Positions 1 through 11,918 of a stretch of 64,000 bases of DNA are shown here, piece by piece. The notes below the pieces were generated by a model. The model had not been told where the DNA came from and made no database searches. It worked only from the letters and a program-made list of their open reading frames with translations. Made by a program: the position numbers and the translations under genes. The DNA lies in the NCBI RefSeq assembly GCF_006345805.1, contig NC_043012.1, forward strand, positions 29,140,001 to 29,204,000. The letters run 5' to 3'. This DNA comes from Octopus sinensis. Lineage: Eukaryota. Every line of letters begins with the position of its first letter. Positions within the stretch are counted from its first letter, which is position 1.

Positions 1-49
1 TATTATTTTATCCCCTATATTTGGTACCTATGTGCTTGTTTGTGTGCAA

Positions 50-410
50 ATGTATGTGTGGTAAGTCTCAGTTCCAGTCTCAGTCTCCCTACATGATACC
101 TTAAGCTTGTGTCTTCTACTATAGCCCTTAATCAACCAAAGCCTTTTGAGTGGATTTGGAAAGATGGAAACTGAAAGAAGTGCATCATATATATATATGT
201 GTGTGTGTGTGTGTGTTTGTTCATCCCCCAGTACTGCCTGATAATTGGTGTTTGTTGATGTTATCATAACTTAGTGGTTCAGGATAAAGAGGCCAATAGA
301 ACAAATGCCAGGCTTAAAAGAAAAATTAAGTACTAGTGTCCATTTGTTCAATTAAACCCTCCAAGCATGGTCACAGTCTAAAGACTGAAACAAACATTTA
401 AAAGAAAATA
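50..410 (+). mobile_element. Degraded tRNA-derived SINE (family A)
   Basis: Matches the better-preserved copy at 17989-18384: gtgtcttctactatagcc...gagtggatttgg...gaaactgaaagaag, internal (TA)/(TG) tract, tail ...gactgaaacaa. Confidence 0.7.
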
Positions 411-419
411 TATGTATGT

Positions 420-1850
420 ATCATCATCATCACTTAACGTCCACTTTCCATGCTAGCATGGGTTGGACGGTTCAACTGGGGTCTGGGAAGCCAGAAGGCT
501 GCACCAAGCCCAGTCTGATCTGGCAGTGTTTCTACGGCTGGATGCCCTTCCTAACGACAACCACTCCGTGAGTGTAGTGGGTGCTTTTTATGTGCCACCG
601 GCACAGGTGCCAGACGAGGCTGGCAAACAGCCATGATTGGATGGTGCTTTTTACGTGCCACCGCCACGGAGGCCAGGCGAGGCTGGCAATGGCCACGATC
701 GGATGGTGCTCTTTACGTGCCACCGGCACGGTGGCCAGTCGGGACAGCGCTGACAACGGCCACGTTCGGATGGTTCTCTTACGTGCCACCGGCACTGGTA
801 TCACAGCTACAATTTCCATTGAGCGAGAGGCCTTTTGTCACCAGCAGAGGTAAGAGATCTCTGAACTTTGCCCAGGCTATTCTTACTCTAGCAGTTACAC
901 TTTCAGCACACCCGCCCCTGCTACTGACTTGGTCACCTAGGAAACGGAAGCTATCAACTATTTCTAGTTTTTCTCCCTGGAATGTGGCGGAAGTTGGTCT
1001 CTGTGCATTTTCAGTGTTTATTGCTCCTGAGCATCTGCCACATACAAAAACTATCTTCCTAGTTAGCCTTCCTTTGACATTGCTGCACCTCTTATGTGTC
1101 CATAGCTTACACTTGGTGCATCTTATAGAGTTTCTACCTACACCTTTTCTACAAATCGAGCAGAGCCATCTACCTGAAGGCGTTTGTGATTTGTCTACCT
1201 TCCTACTTAGGACTTTGGTTTTAGCTAGGTTGACTATAAGGCCCTTCGATTCTAATCCTTGCTTCCACACCTGAAACTTCTCCTCCAGTTCTGATAGTGA
1301 CTCAGCAATTAGAGCAAGGTCATCAGCATAGAGGAGCTCCCAGGGCAGCCTGTCTTGAATTCCTCCGTTATTGCCTGGAGGACTATGATAAATAGGAGGG
1401 GGCTGAGGACTGAACCTTGGTGGACCTCTACCTCTACCCGGAATTCTTCACTGTACTCGTTGCCAACCCTCACCTTACTAACAGCGTCCCTGTATAAGGC
1501 TCGCACGGCTCTCACTAACCATTCATTTATCCCTAGTTTCCTCATTGACCACCAGATAAGGGATAAGGGATCGGGGGACCCTGTCGAAGGCTTTCTCCAT
1601 ATCAACGAAAGCCAGGTACATAGGCTTATCTTTGGCTAGGTATCTCACCTGCAGCTGTCTTACCAGGAATATAGCATCAGTGGTACTTTTGCCTGGCACG
1701 AACCCAAACTGCATCTCATCTAAACTAACTCTTTCTCTAATTAGTTGGGCTATGACCCTCTCCATGACCTTCATTACTTGATCCAGCAACTTGATACCTC
1801 TGTAATTATTTGTATCTAGAGCGTCACCTATACCTTTGTAGCAGTTGACT
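420..1850 (-). mobile_element. 5'-truncated RTE-clade non-LTR retrotransposon (RT with internal PHD-like finger, 3' UTR, (GAT)n tail); frameshifted and internally deleted
   Basis: Minus-strand ORFs give NYRGIKLL, QFGFVPGKSTTDAIF, AFVDMEKAFDRV, HQGSVLSPLLF, LYADDL (read across a frameshift), KTKVL, FRFLG and ARVRIAWAKF. The ORF breaks at about 826 into the 3' UTR, which ends in a (CAT)n tract at about 420-432. Confidence 0.9.
581..795. repeat. Tandem repeat of about 62-67 bp (about 3.4 units) in the RTE 3' UTR
   Basis: Core gt(g/t)ct(t/c)tt(t)a(c/t)gtgccaccg(g/c)cac recurs at about 581, 644, 706 and 773. Confidence 0.85.
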
Positions 1851-1865
1851 ATTATGCTGCTACAC

Positions 1866-1914
<49 letters not shown>

Positions 1915-1934
1915 AGGAGCTTTCTTTGATTTCA

Positions 1935-2400
1935 TATCCGTTATCGGCTCATCAACCCGAATGGAAGTAGAACTCCGTAGTCAAATGAGTTAACCTTTCC
2001 TTGCGTTATCGTCTGTGTATATTGACTCGAATAATCATATTGCTGGATGACTGCCTTTCTGCTGACTAGAACTGTTTGTTTTGGGGGCTAAACTTGATTG
2101 ATGTGTTCAAGTTGTTGACAATAAAGTTCTACAGTAATGCTTGCCCATTGTTTCAATAACTGGAAGTAAACAATACCTACTGTATTCCGCCAAACGCACT
2201 GCAAAATCTTCTTTTGGTTGTAGATCTGGCACGGTCGTTGGAACTAGATATTTTCATTTGACGATAGCCATGATTTCTTACGTTTATCGTTGGTATAGAC
2301 TATCCACTTCTCATCGCCTGTTATAGTTCGATTAAGAATTGATGTTTGTTCATTCCTGATTAGCAAATTGTTGAATGCACAGCTACATCCTTGGGGGATA
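1935..2400 (-). pseudogene. Mariner-type transposase remnant
   Basis: Manual minus-strand translation ILNRTITGDEKWIVYTNDKRKKSWL...KKILQCVWRNTVGIVYFQLL...ITVELYCQQLE contains the mariner TGDEKW motif; stops and frameshifts present. Confidence 0.8.
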
Positions 2401-2439
2401 GCTTATGATGTACCTCCTTTCATAAAGGTTACTGAAAAA

Positions 2440-3780
2440 AAATAATGTTTAGGACAAAAAGGAACCACCCCTAAATAGATCCTGATAAGGAACCATCCAT
2501 TCGAGTTGGCAGATGTATGGTTGATAAGTCGATAAAGGATATGAATTCAAGGAAAGCTGGAGCTTCAAGGATCCCTACTGAGATGCTTAAAATATTGGGT
2601 TGTGTAGGGTTTGTGCTAGTCAGCCTCTTAGCTAATCAGGTAGCTGCAATAAAGACAAAGGATGTGCATTCGAGAGGTAACTAAAGATACATCAAACGTA
2701 GAATCAGAACATGGTTATTACAGGAAGAGTTGTAAACTTAATCAGGAAGAAAATTAAATTGGTTGAAATGTTGTTTGGCTTTGTACTTAGATGTACAACC
2801 AATCGTATTGTTTTCTAGTGAGACAATTACAGAAGTTCTTAGACCGGAGCAAACCATTATTCTTAGTGTCTGTTATCCTACAGAAGACTTTTAACAGAGT
2901 TTCTCACACGGTGATTTAGTGTTCGCCGAGGAAACTAAAATTAGCAATGCATTCACCAATGAATTTAGCGTTCAAGTAGAAGTTCATCAGGAGTCTGTTC
3001 TGTTCATTATAACAGCTTAAAACAGAGAAGTCTAAGAGGGAGCAGCCATGTGCTCCTGTATGCTGACTATGTGCTTACAGTAGAGGAATTAGAAATGAAA
3101 ATTCAGATGTGGGCGCTCAATTCTAGAATTGAGTGTCCTCAAAATTAACTTTGCGAAGATTAAAGTAAGTAGGTGAGAAGGGCCATGGCATCATTTTCGA
3201 AATGACCATGCACAGCATGCAGAAAAGGAATTTCATATGGTGTACCAGGTGTAAACTAAGGATATTATAGTATCACAGGAAGATTATTGGAGAAGGGAGA
3301 CTTCAAATGTAACAGGCGCAATAAGCACTAAGAGCTAACAAGAAACAGATTCTATCAAATGCCCCGAGGCTCAATTAAAGTTGGTAGTTTCTGCTACTTA
3401 GGAGACCCAACTAGTAGTGGCAGAGTGGGTGTTCAGAAAGAATGATAGCCAGAGTAAGAATGGATTGGAAAAAGTTTTGGGAACTATTACTTCTGGTGGC
3501 AACAAAGCGCTTCTCCTTTAGAGTTAAAAGCAGATTGTATAATGCATTTGTACGAAGAATGATATTGTATGGTAGATGTGGGCTTTGAATACAAAGGATT
3601 TACGAAAGCTAAAAAGAAACACAGTATGCTTCGCTGGATGTATGAAGTTAAATGGATATAAAAAGGATTCAAGTATCGTGCAAGAGAGAAGCAGCCTGCG
3701 CTGATATGGGCATGTGATGATGCGTATGAAGGATGAGATCAGAAGCTAACAAAAGGGAAAGGAGAGCGACTGCTCACCTG
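2440..3780 (+). mobile_element. Old, heavily degraded RTE-clade LINE of the same PHD-containing type
   Basis: Remnants such as PCTACRKG (about 3207-3230) and ARVRMDWKKF...LLVATKRFSFRVKSRLYNA (about 3448-3545) parallel the copy at 420-1850. Confidence 0.75.
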
Positions 3781-4139
3781 CTGAGCTGTTTGTATGACAC
3801 ACATATATGCATTGTGTTGTATTTGTGCTAGCTTCTGCATATGTGTGGTTAATGTGCAGTTCACAGAATTATATTGCACTTCATGCCTTTGTTTACTTAT
3901 ATCCATGTTCTGCTTCTTCCCCCACCTCCTCTTACAGATAAATATTTATTATGACCATCCCCGCAAACCTCCGCCCTTGAAACTAAATGTATATTGTATA
4001 TAATTCTCAACCATTCCTTATGAAACCCGATTCTCTGCAAGCTCCCTCTGCCACTCTCCTCGTCCTCCTCCTCCCCCTCTTATTTGTGACTGTGTCATTG
4101 TGTTCATGTGTCCGTATATCCCTTTTGCTTTCTTTTCTG

Positions 4140-4330
4140 AATATGGGTTTCAAATTTCGGCACAAGGCCAGCAAAATTATGGAAAGTGTTAAGTCGATAC
4201 ATCGATCACAGTATTTGATTGGTACACCGTTCGAATAAAAGGCAAAGTTGACCTCAGTACGTAAAGAGTCAGTAAATTGTCGCTAAACATGTCCTACATG
4301 TTAACGGTGCTGCCAGCTCGCCATCCTACA
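4140..4330 (-). mobile_element. Degraded SINE (family C)
   Basis: aaggcaaagttgacctc and tgccagctcgcc match the reverse complement of family C copies at 37015 and 47985. Confidence 0.55.
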
Positions 4331-4677
4331 CTTGGTCATAACCATTTCATTAACATAGATCCTGCTACAACTTTGGCTTCTTATCCCTCCCACATTTTTA
4401 ATTAATTCCGCCTTTGTTCATCTCGCATACTGCATCGCATCAGCTACCATCTCATTCTTTATTTGCCATCTTGTTTATATATTCTGTGTCTATCTGTTGT
4501 TTGTTTACTGCCCCTCTCTCTCGCTTTCTCTTAGTCGAAGAACAAATAGGCGAAACGTTAGATTATTTCACACCTTAGGGCAATTTTTCATACAAAACTC
4601 TTCTAGTAACTCTCCTACTCTAGTAATAGTTCCTAACTTAAGCACAATGTTGTGAATCGGGGTAAAAAAGAAAACTC

Positions 4678-5035
4678 GACAGTCAGGCGTAATAGACGAA
4701 GGTTACGATGTTGGCATTTGTCCCCTCCGCCTGACCGTTCTGGGATAGTTTCCTTTCGGCCTATTTCTGGGTAAGACTAGCCACCCCGCTCATCACCTCT
4801 TCCCAGTTCTTGTCCACCTGGAGGTCTTGACCAAACCAAACCAAGCCAAAACCCAAATAATTTAACCGGTCCGTCGGTCCAGCGTTCGATGGCGCTGTTG
4901 AATGGCATAGACCTGCTCTTCCAGGCGCCGAGCTGCAGGCCCAGCGATTTTTCTTGTTTAATTTTTGACTCGTCACTGCCTCGTATTCCCTTAGATTAGT
5001 GCCGATCACCTTGATGTGTTTGGTGTCCAACACTA
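4678..5035 (-). mobile_element. Tx1/L1-clade ORF2 fragment
   Basis: LREYEAVT, VWFGQDLQVDKNWEEV and TQK resemble the ORF2 segment at about 14040-14350 of the full-length element. Confidence 0.8.
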
Positions 5036-5539
5036 TTCAGTGGCATTGTGTATATAAACACGCATCTTCCGCATATTAGTTCCCGCGGTGTGCCTTTCAA
5101 AATCTCCAGCTTCCGTAGTAGTGACTCCCACTATTTATCATTATTTTTGTTGTTGCTGTCACTTTTGTTGGTACTGTTGTTAGAAACGTTGACCTTAGCG
5201 TTGTTGTTACTATTTTTGTTACTGTCGTTGCTGTTGATAATGATGATGATGATGATGTTCCCGTGCAAGAAGTTTTTTCAGTACCACCTCGTTGAATCTT
5301 GTAGTGAGCGTTACCGCCGACATAGTTTCTGACTAAAGAAGTACAAGAGAAAGTTAATAGGTATTACAAAAATTGTGCAATTTAGGACACAATTTGGCAG
5401 TCGCCCTCTTTACACAATGAAGTAGAAGCCCTTATTTAAAGCTTTGGCAAAAATTTTCAAACTTAAATTCTTTTCAACAAAATTTGATAAACCAGAAGCC
5501 GATACGTGATGATGATGACGACAACGACGACGACCATGA

Positions 5540-5766
5540 TGATGATAATGATAATAATCATCGTTTCTAATAAAAGGCCTAGGAATTTGGGTGGGGGGAC
5601 TAATCAATTACACTGACCCCAGTGTTTTACTAGTACTTAACTTATTAACTCCGAAATGATGAAAGCAAAGTCAATCCCGGCAGAATTTGAACTTAGAACG
5701 TAAAGACGGACGAAATGCCGCTAAGCGTTTTGCCCGGCGTGCTAGCGATTCTGCTAGCTCACCGCC

Positions 5767-5770
<4 letters not shown>
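5540..5770 (-). mobile_element. SINE (family C) next to (TAA)n
   Basis: Reverse complement reads aaggcggtgagctagcagaatcgctagcacgccgggcaaaacgcttagcggcatttcg...gttctaagttcaaattctgcc, a tRNA-like head with A and B boxes. Confidence 0.8.
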
Positions 5771-5798
<28 letters not shown>

Positions 5799-5799
5799 C

Positions 5800-6155
5800 T
5801 GTGCTGCCTAAGAGCAAGTATTAAAGACCAATTACATCAAATACAGGATAGACAACACATCAGAAAGCGATAAACGCAGAATCTGTGGACAACATGCTGA
5901 AACCGTATGGCATATTATCAGCCAATGTACATCACACTTGGTATTCTGAGCACCAGGAGTGAAAACTATTTAAAAAAGAAATTGATTACAACTTCAAGGT
6001 GGGGAACTTACTGAAATCAGTACTTCTTGGGATTGGTAGAATACTTAAAAAGTGTATGACAATTGAAGGTGCCACAACAATCCGCTGATTGCGGACAGCT
6101 GGCACCTGTATTGCGTCACTTGCAGCAAATACTATGCGATGAACGGAATAACATC
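5800..6155 (+). mobile_element. 3' fragment of an R4/Dong-like RLE retrotransposon
   Basis: ICAA*EQVLKTNYIKYRID...RRICGQHAETVWHIISQC resembles the AAQDQ...CCHC region of the elements at 37-48 kb; flanked by (TAA)n and (CTA)n. Confidence 0.7.
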
Positions 6156-6156
6156 A

Positions 6157-6211
<55 letters not shown>

Positions 6212-8066
6212 ACTGTGGGCAGTATTGAAGTATCAAGAAATTATTATCTCTGAAAGCTGTCTTCTTCTGTCTTGAGCTTCACAATGATTACAGACAACAT
6301 TCTCGCCATCAATGTTGCGACGTTCAGCTTTTGCGTTTCCACTTTTCTTCACATTCTCGTTCATTTTTCTTTTCTCGAACTCTTTCTCTCATCTCTTATA
6401 GATACTCATTGCATTCTCTTTCATTCATTGCTCCTGTTTACCTTTACCTTTCTCATTCTTTCTCTTGTCAGCGCATGTCATGTGTCGCTGTATATACCTT
6501 ATAAACAAATATAAGTTTCGATTGCGCAGACAATAATTAATTGCACTAAATCACATTCGTTAAGTGATTGGTAATAAAGAAAGTTTTAAAAGTCTTTAAA
6601 AGAAACTACACTTTTCGTTGTCTAGTCACCACTAACCAATATTTTTACTCACACCACCACCACCACCACCACCAATTATAAAACCCCTGTGGTACTTATA
6701 TGAACCAAGAAGGCGGCCTGCATTGGTACTCGGTTTAGTAAAAATAACAACCAAACCGTATTACATGGGTTTCTTTTTTTTTTAAATACTTTTTTCACAT
6801 TATTACTAGAATGATTTTCTCATATTTTTGGGTGTGGTGCGTGTAATAGGATAAAGATAAATCCGTATAATATGGTTTGGCTGTTATTATTAACCACTTG
6901 AGCGGGCCTTTTCCTTGTATCATGTACATGAGAGTCTTAAAAATGCATAAAAAGTTTGAGAAAATAATGGTAATTTGAAGACTGGGAATAGGTGTCCTAA
7001 TTTTTTTACTTACTGAGACTTGATGAAAAGGCAATTCCTAAAACCAATCAGTTTGATGCACTTAATATTCCGTTTGATTGTTGTAATTTAACAACTGTAG
7101 GAAAGGCATGAACAGTGAAGAGATTTCAGGAAAGAGATGTTCTGAAAAGGAAGAACTAAACACAGCAGCTGATGAAAGGTCTAGGGATCTGAACATAACA
7201 AGAGTAATGAGAGAAGGAGAGGAACAAATGAAAGAGGTACAAGACCAGCTGGTACTAAGGAACCTAGGCCATTATAGTGATGATCGAGATGACAGTGATG
7301 TTAAGGATGTTCTTTCGTTAGGGGAGATCCTCTTAAAAAATCAAGGGATGACGGGATGGAGATGGCGGGAAACGTGAAAAACAATGCAATTCCGTCTTTC
7401 GTTTTAAGGAGATTTTGTGGCTATCTTTAGCAATAGAGCACCCCTGGTTATGTTAAAAGGGTTATTGGTAGTACAGTGGCTAGTGACTAATATACAACGG
7501 TCAGTGATAGTTATAAGGATGAGAGGCTACATTACGGTCAGTAATAGTTACAATGATGACAAAGGTCTGAGAATGATCAGAGATCATATTATAAAAAGAT
7601 GGTTAGCTAAACCACCGTGGTCAGTTTACATTACATTGATCAGGATCTGCAATATACTATATATTGCAATATACAATATAATATACTAGTTGTTACGTTA
7701 CATTTGGTCAGTGTATGTACACGCACATACACAATCGCTAACACGTTGTTTAGTGTTACCCCATTTAGTGCTGATTCGCTATAATTTCTTGAAGATAATA
7801 TTTTCTGTGGTTTAACATTACATATAATAACTGAATGCTAACATGAGAGAAACTATAATCCACACGTATGCATACTCCCATACTCTCAAACTGTTCACAG
7901 TTTTTTTACCCATCACAAATAGAAATGATCTACAATTTCAAGTGCTAAATGTTCAGTTAAAATGCCGAGGAATAGCATCACACTTGAGGTGAAACTGAAA
8001 ATCCTGAGTTGATTGGAAACTAGTAAACATCAGTGACCATGTAGGTGGTTCCTTGCATTTAATAAT

Positions 8067-8306
8067 TGTAGGGCAGGATTCACGACAGACGAACTGTAGG
8101 CAGGAACTTCGCTGCGGGCTAGCTAGGAAGTTGGTCAGCAGCGAAAGGGCTTCCGGTGAGAGAACAACAAAAGAATGTCAGCAGTGTGTGTTGAACAAAT
8201 CTGAATGAACTAAACAGAAATAACTGTCGAAGCCCCGATGTACGTAAAGTAATAAACCTTTTGATAAATGTATTCTCGTCTCCACTACTTTGCGTATAGC
8301 TTAACA
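8067..8306. mobile_element. Possible solo LTR
   Basis: TGT...ACA termini, AATAAA at 8251, about 240 bp, interrupts the Tigger remnant; no TSD seen. Confidence 0.3.
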
Positions 8307-8334
8307 AAGCTATACAGTGATAATTAATAACCTC

Positions 8335-8965
8335 GGATCTTTACCTTTTGACCGACAGATTTAAAAAATAATTTTTTGTAACTAAACACTTTCAAACTTC
8401 GGACACTGGTAGAATGTGTCATATAAAAGATCTTTTACTCTTAGCATTTTTGAGAAAAACTTATATTTAGGAAAGTTATTTCACGTTAAAGTTGTAGTAT
8501 TTCGGTAATTTCAACCAATCAATGACGTGTATTCAGCCGAATAAAATTACTGCTGTTGTTTGTCAACAAGAACTTCCGGCGGTATGTATTTCGTTTGTCA
8601 CTCTTATTTATGACATCGTTCGTCCGTTTGTACTGGTTTTAGCTTTAAGATTTTAGGGTTAGGGTTAGAGTTTTAGGGTTAGGGTTGTCATAAATAACAG
8701 TGACAAACGAAATATACATCGTCAGAAGTTCTTGTTGACAAACAACAGCAGTAATTTTATTCAGCTGAATACACGTCATTGATTGGTTGAAATTACCGAA
8801 ATACTACAACTTTAACGTGAAATAACTTTGTAAATATAAGTTTTTCTCAAAAATGCTAAGAGTAAAAGATCTTTTATATGACACATTCTACCAGTGTCCG
8901 AAGTTTGAAAGTGTTTAGTTACAAAAAATTATTTTTTAAATCTGTCGGTCAAACGGTAAAGATCC
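8335..8965. mobile_element. Non-autonomous foldback/MITE DNA transposon: about 280-bp TIRs, 8-bp TSD, (TTAGGG)n core
   Basis: Arms 8335-8615 and 8686-8965 are reverse complements (about 10 differences by eye) with termini GGATCTTTACC/GGTAAAGATCC. ATAACCTC is duplicated at 8327-8334 and 8966-8973. Confidence 0.95.
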
Positions 8966-9276
8966 ATAACCTCTACTTCACCACAAAAAGGTGCCACGAC
9001 CTTTTGTTGTAAGCGAAGAAGTTGACTCGTTCAAAGAGTAGATTTTAGGAAAATATGGAAGACATGTTTATTGTATGGGTAGACGACAAGACGACGAAAC
9101 ACAACATGCTCTTAAGCCAAATTATTAAAATAACACATCTTAATTAATTAAACGTGTCTTCTAATTACACCATAATTTTACATTCAAAATGTGTAACATT
9201 TTAATGTGAGGCTATTAAAAGTTATTAAGTGCTTCCAGAGTATACAGACAGACACACATAGACACATATATGTTTG

Positions 9277-9460
<184 letters not shown>

Positions 9461-9658
9461 CGGACGTGCTGTCACTTCGGCTCCGAAGGTAATCGTTTAT
9501 TTTGACTATTTATAGACCATATTTTGTGTACATTTTTGTAAATAAGGTGTGTAAGGCACCCAACTTTCGTTTGAGTACTTTTCCAAGGGAGGAATTCGCC
9601 CCTAGGGGCAGTTTCAACCCTATTTAATTTGTGTAATTTTCTTCTCGACATTTCGAAA

Positions 9659-11850
9659 ATGTCGAGAAATTGTATTGTAGAACGCTGGTCGCGTTCCTTT
9701 ATCGACCAACATTTTCCTAGTCTGGAAACGCTAGGAGAAGAAAAAAAGAACTCATGCACGCAAAGTGCAAACCTGAATGACGTGGCAGTGAACGCTGCAA
9801 CCACTTGCGATAACAGCACTGTCACCACCACCACTAACAACAACAACAACGAGACTACTACTGCTACCACCACCGCCTCCACCATCACCACCACCGCCAC
9901 CTCATCCACTACCTCAACTACCAACAACAACAACAAGAATAACAACAATTGCCCCACCATTTCGACATCTGCTGCCACGGCTGTCTCTTCTGCCACTGAC
10001 ACCACCGCCGACACCAACAACAAAAACAACAATAACAATTCCGTTCAGACCTGTTTTCCTCCAACACCAAGAACTGAAGGGAATAAACAAAAAACTGTGA
10101 CCACCAAACAAATTGACAAAAGCTGCTCGAACACAGGGACAAACTATGCAAGTAATTTTCCACCCCTTCCTACTTGCACAATGAAACCAAATACACCGAT
10201 TTTACCAACTACAGCCAACAACAACATCACCACCAGCAGCAACAATAACAAAACAACAACAAATTTCGCCGAGGCGATAAAAGAAAAAAAGACAACAGTA
10301 TATTTTACTGCACAGCAGATAAAAGATACGAAAATTTTAATAACGGAAGTAGATGGTATAGTAAAAATAAACATACCACAAGAAATATTAGAAAATGAAA
10401 AAAAAAGAACTATTATATATAAAATAATTAATAAGAAAACAAAAAGTCCAGAGAAGGCTAACACAAGCATAATCGAAAAATGATTGAAACCCATCTGGAA
10501 CTACAAAGAGTATGTGACCTGGTGGAACAAGTTCGCACACATACAAGTGGTCTTCCACACTGAAGAGTTAGCAAAACGTTTCTCAACGCTAACTCTTCAT
10601 TCAGATGAACTGACATTAATACCAAGCTATCGTGGACAGAAAGTGACTAAGATCACTTTAAACAATGTCCCCAAAATAGCGAACAACCTATGGCTAGTAA
10701 AGGCCTTATGTGTGAAAATGGAAGATTTCACAATTTTAGAAACTACGGTCACGGAACACAAAGACTGGGTGGGAAAAAGAGTAGAATTTCTACTACACAT
10801 AAACCAAGATGACATAAAGAAAATACCCACCCAGATATGTGTATCAGAAGACCACAAGTTTTATGTGGTCGTCGATGGCAGAAGACCATGTTGCTACATA
10901 TGCGGCAGTGAGCAACACCTAAAAAAAGATTGCAAAAATGCCGCAAGAAAACAACAACAACAACAACAGCAGCCGGAAAAAACAAAAAAGCCAGCTTTAC
11001 TACCCACACCACAATTTGTATAAACAGGACTAATCACAGAAAATCAACAAAAAAAAACCTCACCAACCAAACAACACTACCAACTGCACCAAGAACAGAA
11101 ACAACACCAACAACAACCAAGAATAAACCAACTCCCAAACCAAGAACATCTGCCAAAAAGACACTCATCGAAAATGAAGAAACAATTACTACTCCAAATC
11201 CCCACAAAATTGACACCCCAAACAACACAACAATACCTACAATCACTCAAACACAAAATACCCACACCCCACCTCCAAAACCGCATACACCACAACCTAA
11301 CACTCACCAACCAACACTAACAACAAAATCAACACAGTCTACAATAGACCCCAATATTTTCCCCCTCCCAATCTCTGATTCCTCTGATTTGTCATTAGAC
11401 GAAGAAGACACAGAAGATTGGCAAATAGCCACAGGGGGGAGAAGAAAAGGGAAAAAAAAGAAAAGAAAAGATAACAAACAAAGCAGGAAGATTCACCACT
11501 CCCGAAACAAAAACATCCACAGAAAACAAACACATCAACACAAACACACCATCATCAAACCCCCCAACAATGCTGACAGCCATAAACACAAACAACCACG
11601 ACTAATGGAACACATTAGGTCAAACACCAACATAACTGAAAACGACATAAAAACAAATAACCACCCACGCACAACACCACCACAACACATTAAAATAATA
11701 CACGTAACACAGAACACATACAGCACCCTGAAATCTCTTTACCCTGATGCAGTAGGGAGATTTCAAAAATATTCATCAAAGAAACTATATAAAAACCTCA
11801 TGGAAGAAGACTGTGAGGTGAAAAACAAAGGACTTTCGGACAACAAGTAA
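9659..11850 (+). pseudogene. Tx1 ORF1 (gag-like nucleic-acid-binding protein)
   Basis: ORFs 9629-10483 and 10484-11023 are in the same frame and separated by one TGA; CYICGSEQHLKKDC is CX2CX4HX4C. It continues after a frameshift near 11020 into a T/P/K-rich tail ending at 11850. Confidence 0.75.
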
Positions 11851-11918
11851 CCTTTTCTCTCTCTCTTTCCTTTTTTGCACTTTCTTTTCGTGTGTAAAAC
11901 ACAATTTTTTATCGGAAC

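Larger units (their letters stand above)
7962..9130 (+). pseudogene. Tigger/pogo-like transposase N-terminal remnant, interrupted by two insertions
   Basis: MPRNSITLEVKLKILS*LE (psq-type HTH-like) at 7962-8020 and ENMEDMFIVWVDDKTTKHNMLLSQII (CENP-B HTH-like) at about 9050-9128. Confidence 0.5.

Noticed and set aside
9472-11726. Hydrophobic minus-strand ORFs resembling membrane proteins (e.g. 188 aa at 9472-10038)
   Set aside because: They are antisense shadows of the A/C-rich Tx1 ORF1.
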